A stretch of DNA of 45,074 nt, filler included, from Jimgerdemannia flammicorona (taxonomy: Eukaryota), in the NCBI GenBank assembly GCA_003990765.1. It is 2 parts of 2 records of this genome, joined end to end, with 100 filler letters (N's around TTAATTAATTAA, not from the genome) between each part and the next. Parts side by side here need not be neighbours in the genome. Positions count along the whole stretch, not along the records: positions 22,591 to 45,074 come from RBNJ01001269.1; 1 more part is not named here. One strand, 5' to 3'. This document shows positions 35,549-45,074 of the stretch, piece by piece. The translations under genes and the position numbers were made by a program. The number at the start of each line of letters is the position of its first letter. Position 1 is the stretch's first letter. The notes beneath the pieces are model-generated. The model was not told where the DNA came from and ran no database searches. It worked only from the letters and a program-made list of their open reading frames with translations.

Positions 35549-37077
35549 TGTAATGGTGACCCCAGAATGATGACATTAGTACAGGAGACAGCTTTTCCTT
35601 ACAAGCCACTGGATAGGAGCATAAGAAGATTATATGGCATACGAGATGAGCAATGATGACCAACTGTAAGTCATTGTGACCACAGCATAAGTATTCTGAA
35701 GAATATAAAAGAAGGATCAAGGAACTACAGTAGCAGAACTAACAAGAACCACTAATCCCAAAATAGCTCAAAGACTTACCACAAATGAAATGCCTGCTGC
35801 CTGCCAAACCTCAAGATCAAGGAATCACCAAGGTATCTCAGTCAAGGAAAGGATGTTCCAAGACATCAGAAGAGCCATGGGGACCTGCTCAAGAAGGACT
35901 CCTAGTGTCAACCTGGGTACTGCAGACCCTTATCACTTTATTCTCTACTGCCATGAAATGGAAGCAAGGATCACCATTGCTACTGAATGCCTCTAAATAT
36001 GGCAGGAGTATAAAATAGGAAACCTTCTCTGCCAGGAGTTCCCACAGGCCAGCACTCAAGAGCTACAAGATACCACTTCCATAGATATATGTGAAATGAG
36101 GATAGCTAAGAATATCCATCAGATCTTCAGACATACACCATGGTCGATCCCCAACTTGGAGTATGTTAGAGTCTCAGACTTCAGAGACCTGTCATCCCGT
36201 CATATCAATGTACTAGAAGCCAGGGTGGCTACAGAAGCCCAGTCTGCTATCACCCTCAACAGCAAGGAAGTAGAAGACTTCTGATACCCCATCCTTCAGG
36301 ACAACCCAGACCAATTCCTGCAAGGATTGATCTCAGTATTCCAAGGCCCAAGCATCTAGGTTAGATCTCTCCAAGACTCCACATTTGTTCCTTATTTTAT
36401 AGAAGAGAACCTCATAGACTGGAGAGCTCCAGACCTTGTTCCTGATCTCCCCACCACAGCCAAATGTGATGATGTCATTGGCAATGACATCATCCCATGT
36501 GATATATATGAAATGCATGACCTGCATGATAAATTCGCAGATCTCATCTCCTTCAGTGATGATGATAATGAAGCCCCCATGATTCTGAACTTTCTGCTCT
36601 AAGTTCTTTATTACACTAGATAATGCCAGTACCAGTATTCTCATATAACACTGGATAATGCCAGCACTGGTATTCTGAGGTGATGTGAAATTGTTCCAGT
36701 ACCGGCATTTTGATGTGACACTAAATAATGCCAGCATCCTGAACCTGTACAACTATCAGTACCAACCCTAGAACTTAGTATTTTTAGTTATTGAAATTTA
36801 TATTTAGCTTTATATCTTAGCAACTATTGAATTATATTTTGTATAAATACTCCTCTTATTTTCTTTGAAATAAAGTCAGTTTTTTTCAGTACAATATATA
36901 TACTTCCTTGCAAGCAATCTAAGAGATAACAAGACAGTTTAAAGATAAGAAGTTTGAGGACTATAAGACCTTGAGAAGGCACTCCAATAAGAACTTGCTT
37001 ATAACAAACTTGAGTTAGTCTAAGAGATATACCTTGAAGAGAATCTGGCATATTTGAAGGACTCAGTGACCACTACA
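35549..37077 (+). repeat. 5' LTR (~1.53 kb)
   Basis: tgtaatggtgac...gtgaccactaca imperfect terminal inverted repeat, followed by a PBS-like tgacaacttg (probably decayed TGG...). Confidence 0.85.
35790..36602 (+). pseudogene. 270-codon ORF of unknown function inside the 5' LTR
   Basis: Its two stops (35994, 36282) are sense codons (CAA, TGG) in the 3' LTR copy. Confidence 0.8.
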
Positions 37078-37138
37078 TGACAACTTGATGCCCATTGGCT
37101 GGTGATTCAAAATGAATCCCTCACTTTTAAGCTGAAAA

Positions 37139-40100
37139 ATGAACAACTCCCACAACAACTATCCTGACTACAAGAGTCACCCCTGCAAGAATTCAAGACA
37201 GATGGAAATGTACCCCCCCACATTCTATGTATATACTACTAAAGAGTCAATCCTGACCTTTATTGAAGACTTTGAACAATTCGCCACCATACAAGCCCTT
37301 GGTATGGATGCTCAATTGGCCCTTCTATCAGTCAGCCTTAGAGGACCTACCAGAGACAAGTTCAATGCAGCCACCATTGCTGATACTGGTGCAGCCAAAC
37401 TTACCAACATGAAGGTCTTCCTCAGAACAATATATTATATCAAAGAGATCAAGCAAGCTCTCAAGGATCAACTCAATACTATCTGCCAGAGACTTAGTGA
37501 AGATTTCAACTCATTCTATATCTGAATTTGCCACCATATTATCTTGGCTGGCTATAATGACTGCCTCAAGGAACAAATAGCAGATTCAACCTTTCTTAAA
37601 GGAGTTCACTCTGAAATTTCCCTAGCAATCTGGTCTACCCCAGCTGCACTAACTCTTGATCAGAAAGTGGTCTTTGCACAGAGATATTGGACTATCAGAC
37701 ACCCTGCTGAATACTCAATGGAGAAAATAACTAGCATCAAGATGGAGCCATCAAAGCCAACTAGTATCTTACCTGCCACAGTCATAAACAGACAACCAAC
37801 CCCATCTATCCCCAAGACAGCCAAAGCTGACCCAGTGGAAAAACTTGCCAAGCAGTTTGCCAAGATGACTGCACACCTTGGTGATGTTGTTAGAGAAGTC
37901 TGAAGTGCTAACAAGAGACCAGTGTAGAGATTTGCAGCTACTACAGAAGAATGCAATATCACATGCTTCAGATATAGAGAAGAAGGCCACTATGCAAAGA
38001 GTTGTATGACCAAAACAAGATGCAAAGCCCAACCAAGCAATGCTAGCAGAACCAGAGAACAAATCAATACAGTAGTCATCAAGAAGATCAGTGATACTGA
38101 TGATGAAGAATACTATGAGGAGCTCAAATTCTACTCTGCTACTGAAGGTACCAGAACCCAGTCTAAGCCCTATGACAAGAAGAGCAACAGCAAGCCAGTT
38201 GGAAGACCAAAGAAGACCCCAGCTATCACTATTCAAAGCAAGACTCAACCTGAGGAGATTGACCAAGATATGGAGTTAGATGAAGCTGCCTGCCAAATCA
38301 TTGAAGACACTACTCCAGTCTTAGGAAAAAGTGAAAGCAAGAAGGAACAGAAGCTGTGCAAGACCAAGATCCACCAGTATGATATCTATAAGGACCTCAA
38401 GGAACAGAAGGTCAATGTCACTTTTGGATAACTAGCTGAAGTCCCTGCCTTCAGACAGCAGTTGAGAGTAGGACTTACAACTACCATCAAGAATCAAGAG
38501 TACAAGATTGTAGAAGCTCACAATGTACAGGAAGAATCCAAGAACTCAGGTGAAGAATCCGAAGACTAGCACAAGACATCAGCCTATACCCCCTACCAGA
38601 TCGAAGACTATATCTTTGATGCCATCATTGATACTGGTACTGGAGGATGCCTCATGAGTAAGAAGGCAATTGACTGCCTAGGTTGGGACATTGAAGAGTC
38701 CACCAAGATGGTCTATGTCACAGCAGATAGTACATGAGCTACTCCCCTTGGCAAAATCTGAGAAGTCCCCATCAAGATAGGAGGAGCCATCATCCCAGTA
38801 GACATGATTGTTACAAGTGCCACTAACTATGACATCCTCATTGGCAATCAATGGCTTTACAAGGCCAAGGCCATCATTGACCTCAATACCCAGAAGATGC
38901 AGATCAACTATAGAGGAAGAAAGGTATGAGTCTCTATCAATGTCTACAAAGGAGTTCTACCAGACATGGAGAAAGGAGATGAAGAAGACACAGAGGTCTT
39001 CATGCACTTAGTGAACAAGAACAAGAGCAAGACACTCAAGCTCACAGATGAGCAGTGGTACAATAAGATCATCGATGGCTATGCCCCTCAAGGAAGATGC
39101 CCCCATGGTACTAGAATGTACTGCTCTGAACACCTGAATGACTGCTGGTTCTGTATCAGTGAAGTCAGGAAAATCCACCAACAGAAATATGAGCAAGAAG
39201 CTGCCAAAGCAAAAAGGAAAGTCAAAGAAGATGACCAGCCCCCAGAGCTTCAAGCTGACAGTGATGATGAGGAGAAACAAGAATCAGACATCACCCTCAA
39301 GGTCAAGAAGTTTCACCCTGAAGCTAAGATCCCAGAATACAAGACTGAAGGAGCCATAGGAATGGACCTTGCCAGCATTCAAGATGCTACCCTCAAACCA
39401 CAGACCACCACCCTACTTGACACTGGAATTGGAGTCAAGCTGCCAGAAAACCATGCTGGAATCATCAAGACCAGGAGCAGTCTGGCCAAAAGTGAAATCT
39501 CAGTTGAAGGAGGAGTAATTGACCCTGATTACACTGGTAAGATCTTTCTCATAGTCAGAAATCACAACCACACCACCCCCTTTGAAGTCAAGAAGCATGA
39601 CAGAATTGGCCAGATGCTGATCCATGAAGTCAAGAAGCCTAAGATCATAGAAGCCATCGAACTTATCAAGATCAAGAGAGGAGAACAAGGCTTTGGATCT
39701 ACTGGAAAAGGAGCCTATGCTACTACTAAGATTACTGAACTTGAACATAAGAAAGACAAGGACCAGAACAAGCACACATATACCATTGGAGAAAACTTTC
39801 CCCTGGAGGAACAACTTCTCAAGATCCTGTACCAGAATGAAGGAGTACTTGCTATGGACTTCAGAGATATCCACAATCAAGAACCCAAGTACTACCATGA
39901 AGTTAACACTAGTGATACCAAGCCTATCTACTAGAAAGCCAGACCCATACCACCTGCCTACAGAGAGTGGCTGTGAGCAGAACTCAAGGAAATGGAAGAA
40001 GCCAGAATCATCAAGCAAGCTATCAGTTCCTGGGCCTCACCCATTGTCCTAGCCCTAAAGAAAGGAAGCAAGCCCAGAGAGTTTGTACCAAGACTCTGCA

Positions 40101-42440
40101 TTAACTACAGGAAACTCAATGCCATCACCAAGAAGGATAGGCAGCCCTTGCTGAATATTCAAGAAATCCTTACCACCCTTAGAAGTAAAGCCAAATACTA
40201 CACCACCTTGGATCTGTTCTCAGGCTTCTATCAGATCAGTCTCACTCAAGATACCAGTGAGAAATCAGCCTTCATCACACCTGATGCCACCTATATCTAC
40301 CTGTGAATGTCATTTGGAATGTGCAATGCCCCAGCAAGTTTCCAGTGAATAATGAACAGAGTCTTCAGCAACAAGATTGAAAAATGGCTCTTTGTCTATG
40401 TTGATGATATGATCATCTTCAGCAATACAGCATGGGAACATGTCAATCACATACAGCTAGCCCTCAAGAGGCTCAAGGAGTATGGCCTCTATATCAAACC
40501 CAAGAAATGCAAGTTTGCAGCTCAAGAAATCACCTACCTAGGACACCTCATCAATCAGATCAGAATCCATATAGACTCTATGAAGATCGAGGCTGTTGCA
40601 GCCTACCCAAGACCCAGAACAACCACAGAAGTCCATGCCTTCCTTGGACTGGCCAGCTACTACAGAAGATTCATCAAAAGATACTCCAATATTACAGCAC
40701 CTATCTATGAGCTACTGAAGAAGGAGACCAAATTCGAATGGACCATGGAGTATCAAGAAACCTTCAATGAACTCGACCCAAGCACCCATTCTCAGAAGAC
40801 CAGACTGGAACCTAGAATTCATCCTGCAGACAGATGTGAGTGCTATAAGACTTGGAGCAGTCCTAGCTCAGAAGAAAGATGGATATGAATATATCATCTC
40901 CTATACAAGCTGAGGTACCCGCAGAGCAGAACAGAACTATGAGTCATATAAGCTTGAATGCTTAGCAGTAGTCTGAGCAGTAGACAAGTTCCACTACTAC
41001 TTAGCTGGGAAACACTTCACCATTCAAACAGACTATTCTGCTCTTGCCTGGCTATTCCACACTCTGAACCCCAAAGGAATATATGCCAGATAGATCTACA
41101 GACTGCAAGAGTATGACTGTACTGTCAAGCACCACTCAGGAAAGACCAATACCAATACTGATACACTCTCGAGGACACCCCAAAATACTCTCATCAAGAC
41201 CATTCAACATGAATAAAGAGCTATACTATGGATTAATCAGCTATCTTGGACAGCAGAAGATGCCCAACCATCTCGAACCCTGGACAATCACTATCATCAA
41301 CTAGACTTGGAAACAGTTTGAATTAGATAACACTACACTTATGAAAGGAGGAAAGCTAGTAATACCCGAACACAAAAAGTATCAAGTAATGAAGGAAGTA
41401 CATGAGCAAGGATACTTAGGAGGAACCAACACATACAATAAGGCAAGAAGAACTATATAGTGGCCCAAGATGAAAGAAGACCTGTGCCAATTTGTCAAAG
41501 GGTATGATAAGTACCAAAAACAGAAACAAGATCAGCAAGACCAGGCACCCAAGTCATCAAGAATTGAGCCTATTCCCTTCCACCACATTGCAATAGATAT
41601 CATTGGACCACTACCAGTAACACTATCAGAAAACTGCTATATTATAGTTATTGTAGACCTCTTCACCAAATGGATAGAGGCAGGAGCATTACAAGAAGCC
41701 AATGCCCTCTCTATAGCTGACTTTCTACACTGAGAAATCATCTGCTGCTACAAGGCACCAAAGCAAATCACAACAGACCATGGAACAGAATTTGTCAATA
41801 GATTCTATGAAATAATGTATCAGAAATACAAGATCCAGCACATCAAGACCACTATGTACTATCCTCAAGAAAATGGACAGACAGAAAGAACCAAAAAGAC
41901 CCTCAAGAACATCCTAGCGAAGATCTCAGAGACATATGAGAATTGGGATATGTAACTATCTCCCAACCACCCTCTCTGTCCTATGAGACATATGGTCACA
42001 GAGCACACATTTTACCCCAAGAGAGCTGCTCTTCAGAGAAAAAGATTTTGATGGAACCTCAGCTACAAATCTAGACCTAACTTGGAGATGGATTGACACA
42101 GAAATCTGGAGACTACACCAAATCAGGAAGAAGGCTGAAGATTACATCACCAAGTCACAAGTGCTGATAAAGAAGAATGTAGAAAAGAATTACAAGGCCC
42201 TAGAACCCATCCGAATTGGAGAAAAGGTTCTACTGTATCGAAATATGATAGAAGCCTTATAGTTGTGAAAACTGGAGCCCAAATGGGAAGGACCCTTCTA
42301 TGTGCAAGATATCAAGAGAACTACCTTCTGGCTTAGAAAAATCTCAGAGACTATACTGCCTACCATGGTACATAGGAACAGACTCAAGAAGTACCATAAA
42401 CCTATACAAGAGAAGCAAAATATAATGACCACCCATGAGG
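37139..42440 (+). pseudogene. gag-pol (gag, PR, dUTPase, RT, RNase H, IN)
   Basis: Listed ORFs 37139-41733 are consecutive pieces separated by TGA/TAG/TAA codons and a few frameshifts. Confidence 0.92.
39290..39712 (+). pseudogene. dut: dUTPase domain between protease and RT
   Basis: All five trimeric dUTPase motifs are present: AIGMDL, RSSLA, GVIDPDYTG, DRIGQ, RGEQGFGSTG. Confidence 0.95.
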
Positions 42441-42773
42441 TTCTAGTCTGCAAATCATAACAGCATGTCCCATGACCAGCAGACTATCTGTCTAGACCAT
42501 TCTCTAAGGGATGCAGTACTGGCAACTTCTCATCCATGAGACTTTTGAAGTTAGAGGAGTTTGAACCATCAATTGATTGGTCAAGATCAGAATCAGGCCC
42601 TTGCTCTATATGAAGGGAGTGACTCTTCACCATTATGCCAAAATATAAAGGAAAGATGCCAGCTCATAAACACCACTTTTTGATCCCTTGCCAGAGGTTA
42701 TGGGATTAGCAAATTTTTCAGGACTGGACCAATGAATAAGAATGCTCAGAAAGATCCTTATTCAGGAGGAAGA

Positions 42774-43909
42774 TATAATGGTGACCCCAGAATGATGACA
42801 TCAGCACAGGAGATAGCTTTTCCTTACAAGCCACCAGATCGGAGCACAAGAAGATTATATGGTATACAAGATGAGCAACGATGACTAACTATGAGTCATT
42901 GTGACTATAGCACAAGCATCCTGAAGAATATAAAAGAAGGATCAAGGAACTACAGTAGTAGAACCAACAAGAACCACCAATCCCAAAATAGCTCAAAGAC
43001 TTACCACAAATGAAATGCCTGCTGCCTGCCAAACCTCAAGGTTAAGGAATTACCAAGGTATCTCAGTTGAGGAAAGAATATTCCAAGATATCAGAAGAGC
43101 CATGAGGATCTGCTCAAGAAGGACTCCTAGTGTCAACCTGGGTACTGCAGACCCTTATCACTTCATTCTCTACTGCTGTGAAATGGAAACAAGGATCACC
43201 ATTACTACCAAATGTCTCCAAATGTAGCAGGAGTACAAAATAAGAAATCTCCTCTGCCAGGAGTTCTCACAGGCCAGCACCCAAGAGCTACAAGATGTCA
43301 CTCTCATGGATATATGCAAAATGAGGATAGCTAAGAAGATCCATCAGATCTTCAGGCATACACTATGGTCAATCCCCAACTTGGAGTATGTTAGAGTCTC
43401 AGACTTCAGAGATCTATCATCCCACTGTATCAATGTACTAGAAGCCAGAGTGGCTACAGAAGTCCAGTCTGCTATTACCCTCAACAGTGAGGAAGTAGAA
43501 GACTTCTGGCACCCCATCCTTCAGGACAATCCAGACCAATTCCTGCAAGGATTGATCTCAGTATTCCAAGGCCCAAGCATCCAAGTTAGATCTCCCCAAG
43601 ACCCCATATTTGTTCCTTATTTTGTAGAAGAGAACCTCATAGACTGGAGAGCTCCAGACCTTGTTCCCAATCTCCCCGCCATAGCTGAATATGATGACAT
43701 CATTGGCAATGACATCATCCTGCATGATATATGCAAAATGCGTGACCTGTATGACAAATTCACAGATCTCATCTTCTTCAGTGATGATGATGATAAAGCC
43801 TCTATGATCCTGAACTTTCTGCTCTAAGTTCTTTATTACACTAGATAATGCCAGCACCAGTATTCTCATATAACACTGGATAATGCTAGTACTAGTATTC
43901 TGAGGTAAT
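42774..43909 (+). repeat. 3' LTR, interrupted at ~43909 by a younger repeat
   Basis: Colinear with 35549-36684; similarity stops abruptly after tattctgaggt. Confidence 0.92.
43015..43827 (+). pseudogene. 270-codon ORF inside the 3' LTR
   Basis: A single internal TAG (43225) that is TGG in the 5' LTR copy. Confidence 0.82.
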
Positions 43910-45074
43910 CAGTCCTTTCTCCGCTACCTTACCGGTCACAAGGTTTGGTAGGCAACCTTCCGAGTCCCCTTTCCCCTAATATTACCCCCTCTACCTCGGG
44001 TTGGTTTGCTGTGCCTGCAGGGGCATGGTGGGAGGAGGGCAATGGTGATGAGTTGCCCCTTTATCGGTGTCGGATCGGTGCTTCCTCCACTTTTTCGCGG
44101 ATTCTGGTGCCTTCAGCTGCATCTGGGGTGTACCCGTTTTGGTGTGGCGCCTTCTTCCTTTTGCCGTCGCCAACAAGGAGTTGTCTCGGTATATCTCAGG
44201 CTATGTAGGGAGTCGGCCGACCTTGGGCATCAAGTGCTCAGTGTAGGTTACCTGCAGGTCCTTGGTGCCTGTGGTGGGGCCCTCTGGCTTTGGCAAGCTT
44301 CCTGGCGAGCGCGGTTCTGGCGTAGGTGACTGCTTTTCGGGTGTTGTCGGGATGGGAGGGGAGATGGCCGTCACAGATAGACGGAAGGGCGATTACAGTG
44401 AACCAGTAGGGTGTCAGGCTGGGGGCGGTCGTCGGGGCTGGGGCAGGTGCTGCTTTGGTGGGGCCTTTTGATTGGTGCGGCGCAGTTAGGTAGTAGGTAT
44501 CACTCTCGGCTTCTTTTGGTGGGTAGCGGGGTGAGGCCCCAGTCGTCAGGGGGGGTCGGGGGGCCCGAGGCTACCCATTTCAGGTGTCTTGGCTGCACTC
44601 AACTGGAACTGGGAGCTGACACGGCAATGTGATCGAGGCCCACAGGCTTGAGTAGTGGGGTATTGGGGGTTTCCTCCCGCCTCACATGTAAGTCCTTTAC
44701 TCACCTCGACTGGGAGAACCAGGCCCTACCCACCATGTTGTGCTTCGATGAGGGTTTTTTCTTTGCCTGTCATTCTCTTTGGGGTGGCAGGGGCTATTCT
44801 ATTCGGCTCGGGCATGGCCTTGTACATACGTTGGGTTCTCAGGCATGCGCTTTCAGTCGTTGGCATATGGTTGGGTTTCCCCTGGTGGTAGGGAGAGCAT
44901 GGTGTGCAGAATGAGGTGCGGGCTTATTAGCCCTGCTGCGCCTGGCATGGTCAAGCTGCTGGACAATAGCTAGCCTAGGTTAATGGGGGGGCAGTGCTTG
45001 GTGGGTGGTGGGGGAGGGTTTTGGCCTATATAGTCTAGGTTCCCTTCCAATAAAAATCCGCGGGACATGAGTCC
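43910..45074 (+). mobile_element. ~1.17-kb repeat (young, CpG-retaining copy of the 1-1175 family) inserted in the 3' LTR
   Basis: Homologous to the reverse complement of 1-1175; AATAAA near the end; abundant CpG. Confidence 0.75.

Larger units (their letters stand above)
35549..43909 (+). mobile_element. Near full-length Ty3/Gypsy LTR retrotransposon with dUTPase (decayed)
   Basis: Direct-repeat LTRs; gag with Zn knuckle CFRYREEGHYAKSC; protease AIIDTG; dUTPase; RT YVDD; RNase H; integrase; PPT ggaggaaga at 42765-42773. Confidence 0.95.

Noticed and set aside
36333..36752. Antisense ORFs in the LTRs (also 43558-43869) and antisense to gag-pol
   Set aside because: Mirror frames of the sense ORFs; lengths and starts differ between the two LTRs.
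1..45074. Giant 45-kb transposon with 1.17-kb terminal inverted repeats carrying host genes
   Set aside because: The two halves are joined by a synthetic linker, the two copies differ greatly in decay, and one is inserted inside an LTR. Contigs ending in a common repeat explain the pattern.
27200..45074. LINE at 27.2-32.1 kb continuing at 43910 after nested LTR insertions
   Set aside because: The 43910 copy interrupts the 3' LTR (so it is younger) and retains CpG, while the 27-32 kb LINE is heavily decayed.

Overview
Eukaryotic DNA, probably from an early-diverging (Mucoromycota-like) fungus; the taxon is inferred from intron style, gene set and transposon families. The window is two ~22.5-kb contigs joined by an artificial 100-bp linker (44 N + TTAATTAATTAA + 44 N, 22491-22590), so adjacency across the gap is not real. 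Left contig: a CpG-depleted nest of decayed elements (1-11.9 kb). Its outer layer is a minus-strand IS607-type element encoding a serine-recombinase TnpA and a Fanzor2/TnpB-like RuvC nuclease. It is split by an 8.5-kb hAT transposon (itself split by a 2.07-kb solo LTR) and by a foldback hAT MITE. A CpG-rich gene island follows, with a bacterial-like SAM methyltransferase, an ELM1-family gene, an arginyl-tRNA synthetase with an N-terminal GST-like domain and a LaeA-like methyltransferase. Right contig: almost entirely repeats: a chromodomain Gypsy remnant, a 1.37-kb palindrome, a LINE remnant, a second Gypsy remnant, and a near-complete dUTPase-encoding Gypsy element whose LTRs each carry a ~270-codon gene. 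The most notable findings are the reconstructable IS607-Fanzor2 locus and an apparently shared family of LTR-embedded or accessory ORFs in several different retrotransposons. All translations of decayed elements were done by eye, and family assignments come from motif recognition, not database searches.
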